A stretch of 64,000 nt of DNA from Candidatus Nomurabacteria bacterium (GTDB taxonomy: Bacteria; Patescibacteriota; Minisyncoccia; Phycocordibacterales; UBA9973): the NCBI GenBank assembly GCA_016199805.1, contig JACQGC010000004.1:106908-170907 (forward strand), written 5' to 3'. Made by a program: the position numbers and the translations under genes. The notes under the pieces are model-generated. The model was not told the origin of the DNA and searched no databases. It worked only from the letters and a program-made list of their open reading frames with translations. Position 1 is the stretch's first letter, and every line of letters starts with the position of its first letter. Below are positions 25,459-35,071 of the stretch, one piece after another.

Positions 25459-27210
25459 TTAGTAAATTTCTTGCTGGTAGCAAGTTTCGCAGTAAACTGT
25501 CTCTGTTCGGTCAGGGGAGTAGCTGGTTTCAAATTCATTCTCGCATTTTTCCGCGCCATGTTGGTGGTTTTCTTTTTCACACATGCAAGCGCGATGCCAA
25601 AGTTTTATTAAATTTCTTTCCTTAAACATTTCAAAATATCTGGTATTCGGACATTTAGTTGGCAGGGGAATATTCCATTTTCTATACATATTAAGTTCGT
25701 TTTGAGTTATTTTGAATGCCTTTGTGCATTTATGATTTTGAGCTTCGTTTTTGTTTTTATCCCAAGCTTCGCACAAAATAATTTCAGAAAGTATGTCATT
25801 GTCAGTTTCCTCAATACTTTCGGGTAAATCTTTCCAATTTTTAGTCGGAACGTAACCTTTTTCTTCAATACTATCCCAGGAATAGCCAAGTTTTTTAGCA
25901 CCGTCTTCATTAATTGGTATGTATTCTTGAGCTAAAGTTTCGTTGTATGCGTGAGGGCTAAATTCAAATGGAAAAAATTCTCCATATTTATATATTTTTC
26001 CCTTTTTATCTAAATATGGCATTTCTTCCATATTCTTTTTAACTTTTTCTACCAACGCCGCATATTCTTCCCGCGAATATTGTTTGTTGAGAATGCAATA
26101 TTCTTTTTTGCGAACGGAAATATTTCCAAATGAATTATTTACATGATCACAATCTAATAAATATTCGGAATTCATATTATTTTCTCCATTGATGGCAAAA
26201 AAACATCGGGAAGAGAAATCTATATTATTACATTCGTAGCACAATTCTCCAGCGTGGACACCGAAACCATCAAATGTGTCTTTTTGGCCTATTCCTCCCC
26301 TCACGGCATATTTTTCGTTTTCACCGTTGTCTATATAATAAGATTTGTGCACGTTTTTGGAATTGGAAATAAATTCCCCGGAAACATTTTGATTATGTTC
26401 TCCGGTCATAAATCTATGTATGGCATTTTCTTGGACAATTTTTTTAAATTTATTTTTTGCATTTTGGAGAGTTGAACGCGAACTGAATATTTCTTGCTTA
26501 GTTTTATTAAACTCTTCTTTTGAAACCGGTTTGTTAAAAATGTGGTAATTTTTGCTTCTCAAGTTATAACAAAAAAGGCAATTCTGGCAGTTTCGGCAGT
26601 CGTATATAAAGGTAGAATCAATACAGGCAGTACATTGCTTACTGAAAAGCACCTGGTTGCATTTTGTGCAATCCGTCGAGCCAAAACACAACTCGCAATC
26701 TCTAACAAATACACAATCCCAGCATTCTTTACTACTCAAAACAGTTTGCCCATATCCACAGTTTTCGGAAAACCAACTACCAAACATTAAATAGCTTCCC
26801 TTCATGTGGGCAGTGTAATTGCAATATTCACTATTTACATTTTTAGTTGCATAAGAAGCGGCTCGGGGAACTGTTTTCTGTAATTTTTTGAATTGTTCGA
26901 AAAATGAAATATTAAAATCACAATCTTGTCCATAATCAAGCGGACTCCATTCATCTCCCCACCAACATTCGTGGCAATACACCGGGAATGAAACACCTTG
27001 TTTATACATTGAAATAATATCTTTTTTACATAAGTCGCAACTTCTTTTATATAAAGATCTTTCGTTTCTCCAGGTGAGTTTTCGAGCTAGGCGGCATTCA
27101 GGGCAAAATGTCGGAGAAGGCATTTTTATTCTTTCATAAAACTTAAAGTCTTCCGTCTCTATCGTGAAATTCTTTTTACAGTTTTGGCAGTTTTTTGTTT
27201 CGTTTTCCAT
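25459..27210 (-). CDS. Cysteine-rich protein (583 aa), N- and C-terminal zinc-ribbon-like motifs, internal CxxC repeat arrays; paralog of the next gene
   Basis: CQNC...CPECR at N-terminus; arrays like CWDCVFVRDCELCFGSTDCTKC...CRNCQNCLFCYNLR; C-terminal CETCYQQEIY. Confidence 0.6.
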   Translation of the reverse strand: MENETKNCQNCKKNFTIETEDFKFYERIKMPSPTFCPECRLARKLTWRNERSLYKRSCDLCKKDIISMYKQGVSFPVYCHECWWGDEWSPLDYGQDCDFNISFFEQFKKLQKTVPRAASYATKNVNSEYCNYTAHMKGSYLMFGSWFSENCGYGQTVLSSKECWDCVFVRDCELCFGSTDCTKCNQVLFSKQCTACIDSTFIYDCRNCQNCLFCYNLRSKNYHIFNKPVSKEEFNKTKQEIFSSRSTLQNAKNKFKKIVQENAIHRFMTGEHNQNVSGEFISNSKNVHKSYYIDNGENEKYAVRGGIGQKDTFDGFGVHAGELCYECNNIDFSSRCFFAINGENNMNSEYLLDCDHVNNSFGNISVRKKEYCILNKQYSREEYAALVEKVKKNMEEMPYLDKKGKIYKYGEFFPFEFSPHAYNETLAQEYIPINEDGAKKLGYSWDSIEEKGYVPTKNWKDLPESIEETDNDILSEIILCEAWDKNKNEAQNHKCTKAFKITQNELNMYRKWNIPLPTKCPNTRYFEMFKERNLIKLWHRACMCEKENHQHGAEKCENEFETSYSPDRTETVYCETCYQQEIY

Positions 27211-27254
27211 ATTTTTCTCGAATTACATATTTACGCTATAGCTGATATATGTTT

Positions 27255-29027
27255 TTAATATATTTCCTGATTATAGCATTTTTCACAATATACAATTTCT
27301 TTACGGTTAGGGGAGTAGGGAGTCTCAAATTCATTCAAACAAGCTGATCCATTGTGTTCATGGGTACGAGTATTTTTGTAAATATCATTTGAGGAGGCTG
27401 GGCCGATACATTGGCATTTCCTGGACCACAATTTTATGGGATTTCTTTTCGCGATTCTTTCACAATACCTGCAGTTGTAGCAAAGGCGAGGGAGGGGAAT
27501 ATGCAATTTTTTATAAAAATCGAGTTCAGTCTCAGTTATTTTGTATGCTTTTGTGCATTGGTGGTTACAATTTCCTTCGTGCTGGCAACTAATTACTTTT
27601 TTAGTGATTGAATCATCTGTCTCGTTCAGCGAGTCTGGCAAATCTTTTGCTTTTACATCACTTATATAATCCTTTACTATTTTTTCTCTCCATAAATATC
27701 CTTTTGCCTCAGCCTCCTTTTTTGTAAGTGGGAAAAGCTCTTGGGCGACGGTTTCATTGTAGCCAAAAGGGGACAAGTCTGCTGGGAAATAATCTCCATA
27801 TTCATAAATCCTACCCGCTGCGTCTTTGTAAGGCAGTTCATCCATGTGTTTTTTTAAGTCAGGAATAAGTTTCAAATATTCTTCTTTCTCATATTGCTTG
27901 TTGAAGATACAGAAACTTTTATTTCTGAGCCCAACGCATCCAAAAAGATTGGAAGAATTGTGGCAATTATAGGAATAAGAAATATCATGAGACTCAAAAA
28001 TAAACCTGGAAAATAAGACTTTATTACCCGGATATACTGTTGAGGTCTGGTAGCAATCCTGTGAATTTCTGCCGAAATGATCGCAGTCATAGCAGTCGCA
28101 GACGGCCGAGTAAGAAAGCCAAATATTTCCGCAATCTTTTACACCGTTTGAAACATCAAAACAATTCTTGCAGTTTTTTGTTCCGTCCAAATTGTTCCCG
28201 GTTGAATTTATTGATTTGATGACATTGGCGAACTTATGGGGATATTCTAAGATAAATTCTTCAAATTGCTTTTTATATTTTTCAATTTGAGAAAAAGACG
28301 ATAAATCGATTTTTTTCATCGTGTCCGCGTAAGATTCTTTGTCTAGTTGCTCATTAAAGAAACAATACGAAGCATTGCGCAGGTTTACGCAGCCGAAACA
28401 GTTGCTGCAATTCTTGCAATTAAAAAGAAGGACAGAGTCCAGGCAAGCTTCACATTGGCGGCTATATAAAAGTCTAGAGCAAGATATGCAATCCACGCTT
28501 TCATAACTCAAATCGCTTTTTGAAACCCAATGTAAATCAATACTGTCCTTGGTATTAAAGGTAAAACTGGAATACATGACATTTTCATTGAAATCTCCGC
28601 CTACAACCAAGTAGCAATTTTTATTTCCCTCGGTAATACTGCAGTAATCACTGTTTACAGGATTGATGTTCATTAGGGCGATATCAGGGACTTTTCTCCA
28701 TAAAGTTTTTAATTGTTCAAAAAACGGTTTACTAAAATCAATTTCTTGGCCATAAGACAAAGCATCCCAGGAATCCCCCCACCAGGTCTTGTGATCATAT
28801 ACTTTTTGGTCGGAATCAGGGGAGAATATGGAAAAAATTTCTCCTTTTGAATCTAGCGCATCAGATTTTCTTTTATAAAGAGTTCGCTCGTTTCGGAACA
28901 TCATTCGCTGTTGTAATCTGCAATCGGGGCAAAGTTTCGGAATTGGAACATTAATTTTTCCATAGAAACCAAGCTCTTCTTTTACTATTTCAAACTCTTT
29001 GTTGCAGTTTTTGCAGGTTTTTTGCAT
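27255..29027 (-). CDS. Cysteine-rich protein (590 aa), tandem paralog of 25459-27210
   Basis: Same architecture: CKNCN...CPDCR; CKNCSNCFGCVNLR; CYNCRYCERIAKRNPIKLW; C-terminal CEKCYNQEIY; colinear conserved blocks (WWGD, EYGD(E/Y)FP, YNET(L/V)AQE). Confidence 0.6.
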   Translation of the reverse strand: MQKTCKNCNKEFEIVKEELGFYGKINVPIPKLCPDCRLQQRMMFRNERTLYKRKSDALDSKGEIFSIFSPDSDQKVYDHKTWWGDSWDALSYGQEIDFSKPFFEQLKTLWRKVPDIALMNINPVNSDYCSITEGNKNCYLVVGGDFNENVMYSSFTFNTKDSIDLHWVSKSDLSYESVDCISCSRLLYSRQCEACLDSVLLFNCKNCSNCFGCVNLRNASYCFFNEQLDKESYADTMKKIDLSSFSQIEKYKKQFEEFILEYPHKFANVIKSINSTGNNLDGTKNCKNCFDVSNGVKDCGNIWLSYSAVCDCYDCDHFGRNSQDCYQTSTVYPGNKVLFSRFIFESHDISYSYNCHNSSNLFGCVGLRNKSFCIFNKQYEKEEYLKLIPDLKKHMDELPYKDAAGRIYEYGDYFPADLSPFGYNETVAQELFPLTKKEAEAKGYLWREKIVKDYISDVKAKDLPDSLNETDDSITKKVISCQHEGNCNHQCTKAYKITETELDFYKKLHIPLPRLCYNCRYCERIAKRNPIKLWSRKCQCIGPASSNDIYKNTRTHEHNGSACLNEFETPYSPNRKEIVYCEKCYNQEIY

Positions 29028-29169
29028 ACAAATATTATAGTACTTTGAAATATATTGTCAAGTAGTTTGACCAAAAAAAGTTACAAATATGCTTTTTTAT
29101 ATAGGCAAAAAGGATTAAATGGAATTTTGTTCATAGTTATTGACAAATTTTTGGGCTTTATGATATAGT

Positions 29170-29961
29170 ATGGAAATGGAAAATGGTAATTTGGATTTGC
29201 AAAAAAGTTTGGAATTTATCGGCTTTAGTGAAAAGGAAGTTTTGGTCTATTTGGCACTGCTTGAACTCGGCAAAGGGACAGTCACCCAAATTTCCCGCAA
29301 AGCCGGAATCAACCGCCCGACGGGGTACCATATTTTGGCTTCGCTTGCAGTGAAGGAACTTGTCAAAGCTTCCGGCAAGGAACCAAAGCAAGAATATGTA
29401 GCAGAGTCGCCAGACCAGATTGAAAAACTACTTGTTAAGAAAATTGAAAACGACCAGGCATTTATAAAAGAAGCGAAAAAAATAATTCCGGAATTAAAAT
29501 CCATGCACAATGTCGCCGACCGGCCGAAAGTTTCTTTTTATGAGGGCAGGGAAGGTTTGGAAAAAGTTTACGAAGATACTTTGACCTCGCACGAGCCGAT
29601 ACGCGCTTATGCGACATATGATGATATGCAAGTTGCCTTGCCTGGGTATTTTCCGGATTATTTTCACCGTCGGGCAAAGAAAGGAATACCAATAAGAGCT
29701 ATTTTCCCATTCACAAAAGCCGGCATAGAATTGAGCAAGGATGATATAGCGCAAAAAAGAGAAATAGCTATGATTCCGGCTGATAAATATTATTTTTCTC
29801 CTGAGATAAATATTTACGATAATAAAATTATGATTGCATCTTGGAAAGAAAAACTTGGTATAGTCATCGAGTCTCACGAAATAGCCGATGCTATGAAAAA
29901 AGTTTTTGAGCTCTCGTGGGCAGAGGCAAAGAGACTAGATGCAGAACTCAAAAAGAGCTAA
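29170..29961 (+). CDS. TrmB-family winged-helix transcriptional regulator
   Basis: N-terminal LKSLEFIGFSEKEVLVYLALLELGKGTVTQISRKAGINRPTGYHIL matches the TrmB HTH; about 260 aa, typical size. Confidence 0.65.
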   Translation: MEMENGNLDLQKSLEFIGFSEKEVLVYLALLELGKGTVTQISRKAGINRPTGYHILASLAVKELVKASGKEPKQEYVAESPDQIEKLLVKKIENDQAFIKEAKKIIPELKSMHNVADRPKVSFYEGREGLEKVYEDTLTSHEPIRAYATYDDMQVALPGYFPDYFHRRAKKGIPIRAIFPFTKAGIELSKDDIAQKREIAMIPADKYYFSPEINIYDNKIMIASWKEKLGIVIESHEIADAMKKVFELSWAEAKRLDAELKKS

Positions 29962-29989
29962 ATCTTTCAGCCAGTGCCTTAGACACTGG

Positions 29990-30652
29990 CTAGTCTGCAA
30001 AGTGGCCCTTGGTGTCTTCGCCGAAGAAGAGGCGATGCAATGCTTTTAGGAAACCTTCAAAGAGATATGTGCTATAAGATGAGAGGTTGAAGATTACAGC
30101 CAAGGTAAACAAGAAGAAGGAAAGTTTGATGCTCCAGAAACAAATAAGTATTGCCACCAGTGCGAACAATACCGGCATAAGGATGCGGATGGTGCTGCCG
30201 CGGATTTCGCGCTTGGTGATTTCCGGATTCTTGATATGGTCGGAGTAGAAAACATATCGGCGCATCCAATACAATACGAGGCCTATCAGAATAGTATGCA
30301 CACCAAATATTACTATTGATAATTCGTTTTTGCTGTACTCGCCCAAAACACTGGCGGAAAAAGGTATCAAACTTATGAGCATAAAAAATAGGGCATTGAT
30401 GTTTGTAAGCTTTGGGTCAATATTTTTCGCATACACTGAGACAAAGAAATGATGCGCACGCCAGTATGTGAAGAGTAGAGAAAAGGAAAGAAGGTAAGTT
30501 AGGAGTAGGGGAAACAAATGTTTGATTTGCAACCAGAGGCCCATGTTGTCTATGGGGCCCCACACTGCAGCTACTTTTATATCGAAAACGAGAATAGTCA
30601 TAACTATGGCAAAGATGCCATCTGCCAACTGGTCTAATCTATTGTGGTTCAT
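29990..30652 (-). CDS. DUF1211/TMEM175-like membrane protein (putative K+ channel family)
   Basis: RLDQLADGIFAIVMTILVFDIK resembles the RxxxFSDGVFAIAxTLLV signature; about 6 TM. Confidence 0.5.
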   Translation of the reverse strand: MNHNRLDQLADGIFAIVMTILVFDIKVAAVWGPIDNMGLWLQIKHLFPLLLTYLLSFSLLFTYWRAHHFFVSVYAKNIDPKLTNINALFFMLISLIPFSASVLGEYSKNELSIVIFGVHTILIGLVLYWMRRYVFYSDHIKNPEITKREIRGSTIRILMPVLFALVAILICFWSIKLSFFLFTLAVIFNLSSYSTYLFEGFLKALHRLFFGEDTKGHFAD

Positions 30653-30753
30653 CCCGTACGAAGTAAAGAGTATTTTTTTTCTTTACTTTAATTAAATAAT
30701 AATCAAAAGTTTTCTTCTCCGTAAGAACATATTACATAAACTTCGTACGGGAT

Positions 30754-31026
30754 TCATTCCCTCAAAAACAAAAATTGTCTTAATCGAGATTTCATATACC
30801 TCTTACCTTTTCCAGATTTAAGATACAACTCTCTTGACCTTGCATCTTTTTGTTCTACACATGCCTCGTAATAAATTAACTCAAACGGACCTTTTCCCTT
30901 AGTATATATAGACTCTCCGTTGTTGTGTTCCTTAAAACGCCTTCGCAGATTATCTGTATATCCTGTATACATCTTACCATCTTTTTTACTTTTTAATACA
31001 TAAGTGTAAAACATACTTTTATACAT
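30754..31026 (-). CDS. GIY-YIG nuclease-domain protein (UPF0213-like)
   Basis: FYTYVLKSKKDGKMYTGYTDNLRRRFKEHN: GIY...YTG motif with R and E catalytic residues. Confidence 0.7.
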   Translation of the reverse strand: MYKSMFYTYVLKSKKDGKMYTGYTDNLRRRFKEHNNGESIYTKGKGPFELIYYEACVEQKDARSRELYLKSGKGKRYMKSRLRQFLFLRE

Positions 31027-31059
31027 CTATATTATCATAGTGTGTGATATATTGTTAAT

Positions 31060-31842
31060 ATGCGTATAGGTATTTTTGATTCGGGGTTGGGCGGGCTAAT
31101 TGTCGCCCGGGCTGTGCAAAAGGCGATGCCTGAATATGACTATATTTACCTAGGGGACACAAAAAGATTGCCTTATGGGAACAAAACCCAAAATGAAATT
31201 TATAAAAATACTATTCAGGCGCTTCGGTATTTATTTGAAAAAGATTGCGTTTTGGTGGTAATCGCTTGCAACACAGCATCCTCCCAGGCTTTGCGTAGGG
31301 TGCAACAAGAATGGTTACCAAAATCAAAATATTTTGACAGAAAAGTTTTGGGGGTAATCCGCCCGACAGTGGAGATGGTGGAAAAGGCCAGAAACATTGG
31401 GTTGATTGGAACATTGCGCACAGTAGACTCCACGGCGTATTTGCAAGAACTGCAAAAAATAAACAAAAATATAAAGTTGCTCGCCAAAGCTACTCCAAAA
31501 CTTGTATCTATGGTTGAGTCTGGAAAGTACGAAGATGAAATTTTAAAAAATTATTTGGTTCCTTTTAAAAATGTGGAAATTTTAATTCTCGGCTGTACGC
31601 ATTTTGGTATGCTAAAAAAAGAAATACAAAATATTCTCGGGAAGAAAATAAAAATTATCGCGCAAGAAGATATTTTGCCGGGAAAACTAAAAAGCTACTT
31701 GGCAAAACATAAAGAGATAACAAAAAAATTGGGAAAAAGTAAGAAATTTGAAATTTTGGTGACAAAATCAAGCAGGCGTTACGAAAAATTATCCCGCGAA
31801 TGGTTCGGAGCGAAAACAAAACCGAAACTAATCAATCTCTAG
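31060..31842 (+). CDS. murI: Glutamate racemase
   Basis: IGIFDSGLGGL and VIACNTAS motifs. Confidence 0.85.
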   Translation: MRIGIFDSGLGGLIVARAVQKAMPEYDYIYLGDTKRLPYGNKTQNEIYKNTIQALRYLFEKDCVLVVIACNTASSQALRRVQQEWLPKSKYFDRKVLGVIRPTVEMVEKARNIGLIGTLRTVDSTAYLQELQKINKNIKLLAKATPKLVSMVESGKYEDEILKNYLVPFKNVEILILGCTHFGMLKKEIQNILGKKIKIIAQEDILPGKLKSYLAKHKEITKKLGKSKKFEILVTKSSRRYEKLSREWFGAKTKPKLINL

Positions 31843-31883
31843 GCCTCACCCCTGGCCCCTCTCCAGAGTACTGGCGAGGGGAA
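31843..31883. terminator. GC-rich palindromic element type B (CCTCACCCCTGGCCCCTCTCCAGAGTACTGGCGAGGGGAA); bidirectional terminator-like between convergent murI and xth
   Basis: Stem CCCCTCTCCAG/CTGGCGAGGGG; three further copies at 32710, 34177 and 56702. Confidence 0.5.
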
Positions 31884-31893
31884 GAATAATGAA

Positions 31894-32685
31894 TCAAATT
31901 TCAATCATTACAGGGCAGTGGTCCGAGCCCAGCACTTTATCCAAAATTTCAGCTTTTTTCACTTTCTTTTCCAGATTTTTGCTGACGAAAATATAATCTA
32001 TTCTCCAGCCCACGTTTCTAGCTCTAGCGTTTGCGAAATGGCTCCACCAGGTGTAGTGGCCGTTGCCTTTGGTGAAAATTCTGAAAGTATCCACAAATCC
32101 CGAATCTATTATATTTTGGATGCCTTCACGTTCTTCTGTCGTGAAACCTTTGTTGCCTTCGTTTTCTTTTGGGCGAGCCAAGTCATCCGGAGTATGAGCC
32201 ACGTTTAGGTCTCCGCAAAATATTACCGGCTTTATTTTTTCCAAATCTTTCATGTATTGCAGAAAGGCCGGGTCCCATTGTTTGTGGCGCAGGGGAATGC
32301 GCGAAAGGTCATCTTTGGCGTTTGGCGTGTAAACGGTTACTATGTAGAATTTTTTATATTCAAGCGCCACCACTCGGCCTTCGGTGTTCGGGTTGCCATA
32401 TTTATCTTCAACCAGTCCATACTTCTTTATTATTTTTTCCGGCATGCCGAGCACCACCGCCAACGGTTTCTCTTTGGTAAAAATGGCTGTGCCACTGTAA
32501 CCGGGTCTTTCAGCCGAGTTCCAATATTCAGTGTATTCTTTCAGCTCCACTTCATGCTGGTGTTGTTGCGCCTTTGTCTCTTGTAAGCATAAAATATCAG
32601 GCTTATATTTTTCAATGAAGGGCACAAAAAGACCTTTTTTGTGCACTGCCCTTATTCCGTTTACGTTCCAGCTGATGATGCGCAT
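31894..32685 (-). CDS. xth: Exodeoxyribonuclease III (AP endonuclease)
   Basis: MRIISWNVNGIRA N-terminus, C-terminal SDHCPV. Confidence 0.85.
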   Translation of the reverse strand: MRIISWNVNGIRAVHKKGLFVPFIEKYKPDILCLQETKAQQHQHEVELKEYTEYWNSAERPGYSGTAIFTKEKPLAVVLGMPEKIIKKYGLVEDKYGNPNTEGRVVALEYKKFYIVTVYTPNAKDDLSRIPLRHKQWDPAFLQYMKDLEKIKPVIFCGDLNVAHTPDDLARPKENEGNKGFTTEEREGIQNIIDSGFVDTFRIFTKGNGHYTWWSHFANARARNVGWRIDYIFVSKNLEKKVKKAEILDKVLGSDHCPVMIEI

Positions 32686-32709
32686 TAGTTTATTTTATCA
32701 CAAATTCAG

Positions 32710-32750
32710 CCTCACCCCCTGCCCCCTCTCCAGATTACTGGCGAGGGGAG
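32710..32750. repeat. GC-rich palindromic element type B copy
   Basis: cctcaccccctgccccctctccagattactggcgaggggag. Confidence 0.5.
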
Positions 32751-32762
32751 TTTGTGGGAATT

Positions 32763-33740
32763 CTATTGCTTGTTGTGAAATTTCTTGTGAATATCTCGCA
32801 AATGTTTGTCTGTCACGTGGGTGTAAATCTGGGTGGTACTGATGCTGGCATGGCCGAGCATGACTTGCACGGAGCGGATGTCGGCGCCGTTGTTTAAGAG
32901 GTCGGTGGCGAATAGGTGACGCATCATGTGCGGAGTAACTCTTTTGGCTATTCCGGCAATTGTCGCATAGTGTTTTACTATTCTCTCTACCGAGCGCCGG
33001 TCTAAATTGCCATATTCTTTACCGGTATATTTTTTCTTATTGATTTTGCCGGGCTTTTCTTCTTCGTTTAATTTTTTACTTTCACCCGGGCCATCCAGCC
33101 GAATGAATAATCCTTCTTCCATATCTTTTCTTGCCGACAAATATTTTTTCAAAGCGGACTTGGCTTCTTCGGAGAAAAAAACCATTCTTATCTTGCCACC
33201 CTTTCCTCTTACTGAAATTTCGTCAGCTGCCAGATTGATGTCACGGGGCAGGGAACACAGTTCGGAGACACGCAAGCCGGTGGAAAACAGGAGTTCCAGT
33301 ATTGCTTTGTCGCGAAGAGATTTTATATCGGTACCATCCGGAGCTTTTAAAATCTTTTGCAGTTCTTCGGCGGTGATTAGGTCGAGAGAATGTTCGGGAG
33401 TTTTAGCCAGTTCTATTTGGTCTGTAGAAATGGCGGGTATCGCTCTTTTCGCCAGATACTTCAGGAACACGCGCAAAGCTATCATATAATAATTTTGAGT
33501 TCTCTTCGACATTGTTTCGGTTCGTGTTTTTGAAGGGGAATATCCCGCTTGCCTGTTGAGCCACAGACGAAACTCTCTTACTGATGTAGCGGTGATGTCT
33601 TTCGGCTCTTTGATTTTTCCAAATTTAAAATAGCGGTCAAGATACTGGCCATATAGCTCGATGGTTCGGAGAGATGACCCCTTTTCAATTTCCAAGTATT
33701 CCAAAAATTCGCGTTGGAGTTTGTCCATTTCTGTGGCCAT
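32763..33740 (-). CDS. Tyrosine site-specific recombinase, XerC/XerD-like
   Basis: R...HxxR...Y catalytic pattern: LRVSEL, HMMRHLFAT, QIYTHV; N-terminal SAM-like core-binding domain. Confidence 0.85.
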   Translation of the reverse strand: MATEMDKLQREFLEYLEIEKGSSLRTIELYGQYLDRYFKFGKIKEPKDITATSVREFRLWLNRQAGYSPSKTRTETMSKRTQNYYMIALRVFLKYLAKRAIPAISTDQIELAKTPEHSLDLITAEELQKILKAPDGTDIKSLRDKAILELLFSTGLRVSELCSLPRDINLAADEISVRGKGGKIRMVFFSEEAKSALKKYLSARKDMEEGLFIRLDGPGESKKLNEEEKPGKINKKKYTGKEYGNLDRRSVERIVKHYATIAGIAKRVTPHMMRHLFATDLLNNGADIRSVQVMLGHASISTTQIYTHVTDKHLRDIHKKFHNKQ

Positions 33741-33819
33741 ATGTGTATTTTAGCATAAATATTGTGCGACACGATAGGAATTGCAATTTTTTGGCTTTTG
33801 TGCTAATATGAAAAGTAGT

Positions 33820-33897
33820 TGAAAGTTATCAAGTTCATAAAGTAATCAAGGGAATACTTTAAAAACTTTCTACTTTATAAACTTTAAGAACTAAATT
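33820..33897. promoter_or_regulatory. AACTTTATAA-word motif block (both orientations) upstream of rpsO
   Basis: gaaagttatcaagttcataaagtaatc...aaaactttctactttataaactttaag. Confidence 0.35.
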
Positions 33898-33898
33898 C

Positions 33899-34162
33899 AT
33901 GTTAGCAACAAAGAAAAAGCAAGCAGTTATAAAGAAAAATCAGATTCATGATAAAGACACGGGTTCACCCGAGGTGCAGGTGGCGGTTTTGTCCGTGCAG
34001 ATTGATCTTTTGGCCAAACATTTAAAGAAACACAAAAAGGATAATCATTCCCGCCGAGGTCTCATCAAGATGGTGGCAGACCGACGCACTCATTTGAAAT
34101 ATTTGGAACGAAAAAGTAAGCCTCGTTATGTGGCTTTAATGAAGAAGATGGAGCTAGCGTAG
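33899..34162 (+). CDS. rpsO: 30S ribosomal protein S15
   Basis: 87 aa; [16 protein letters not shown]...[20 protein letters not shown]. Confidence 0.9.
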   Translation: MLATKKKQAVIKKNQIHDKDTGSPEVQVAVLSVQIDLLAKHLKKHKKDNHSRRGLIKMVADRRTHLKYLERKSKPRYVALMKKMELA

Positions 34163-34176
34163 ACCTATTTCGCCCG

Positions 34177-34217
34177 GCCTCACCCCCGACCCCTCTCCAG
34201 ATTACTGGAGAGGGGAA
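34177..34217 (+). terminator. Type B GC palindrome acting as rpsO terminator
   Basis: cctcacccccgacccctctccagattactggagaggggaaaag, 15 nt after the rpsO stop. Confidence 0.5.
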
Positions 34218-34343
34218 AAGGTGCTATACTATATATACTTGTCCCGTATGAAATTTTTGATTACATATTTTTATCAAGAATAAAAAGAAGGGAAAAGTAA
34301 GTCGATTTAAGATTATTATTAAAAATAAAATTTTCATACTGGG

Positions 34344-34856
34344 ATGACAGTAATAAAGCATAAAGAACAAAGAGTTGGAGTTTTTATTGATACTCAAAAT
34401 TTATATCATTCAGCTCGCAACTTATACCAAGCTCGGGTAAATTTCGGCGCGGTCTTGAAAGATGCGGTGGCGGGCAGGAAGCTCGTGCGGGCGGTGGCTT
34501 ATGTCATCACCACTGAAGCCGGAGATGAGAAAAACTTTTTTGAAGCGCTTGCAAAACAGGGGATTGAAACTAAGACAAAAGATTTACAAATTTTTGCCGG
34601 AGGCGCAAAGAAAGCGGATTGGGATGTGGGTATAGCTGTTGATGCTATTACCATGGCACCCAAGCTAGATACAGTTGTGCTTGTTTCAGGAGACGGAGAT
34701 TTTGTTCCCTTGATAGAATACTTAAGAGTACATTCCGGCATTCAAGCGGAGGTTGCTTCCTTTGGCAAATCAACATCCGGCAAACTTCGCGAAGCTACCG
34801 CTGATTTTTTGGACCTTTCCGCCTTCCCTAGGAAATATCTGATGGGGATGAAATAA
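34344..34856 (+). CDS. NYN-domain (LabA/YacP-like) protein
   Basis: VGVFIDTQNLYHSAR...VSGDGDFVPLIEYL motifs (conserved Asp residues of the PIN-like fold). Confidence 0.65.
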   Translation: MTVIKHKEQRVGVFIDTQNLYHSARNLYQARVNFGAVLKDAVAGRKLVRAVAYVITTEAGDEKNFFEALAKQGIETKTKDLQIFAGGAKKADWDVGIAVDAITMAPKLDTVVLVSGDGDFVPLIEYLRVHSGIQAEVASFGKSTSGKLREATADFLDLSAFPRKYLMGMK

Positions 34857-35026
34857 ATCTCAACTTCGTTGCATTTTGGGCCGAAAATGCTAATATAATC
34901 AATAGTTCTTTCATTTAATCCGCCAAAGGCGGACAAGTTTATTAGTTAATCGGTTCGCGTTCAGACATATAGTAGTGTTCTGTTAAACAGGAACAATACT
35001 CCAGTCTGAATACGAGTCTAAAAATT

Positions 35027-35071
35027 GCGCCGCGTTTAATCGACGGTTACGCGGCATGATTTCGCAAAATC
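35027..35071 (+). promoter_or_regulatory. Start-proximal conserved element E (GC hairpin + ATGATTTCGCAAAATCA) directly 5' of the pnp start
   Basis: gccgcgtttaatcgacggttacgcggcATGATTTCGCAAAATCatg; near-identical copies at 61171-61219 and 59911-59955, variants at 51933-51979 and 50287-50343. Confidence 0.5.

Noticed and set aside
32763-33740. Xer-type recombinase plus nearby HNH and GIY-YIG genes as evidence of an integrated mobile element
   Set aside because: No flanking direct repeats, att-like duplication of a tRNA 3' end or cargo genes were found. Small genomes carry a single housekeeping Xer recombinase, and YraN/GIY-YIG/HNH singletons are common in such genomes.
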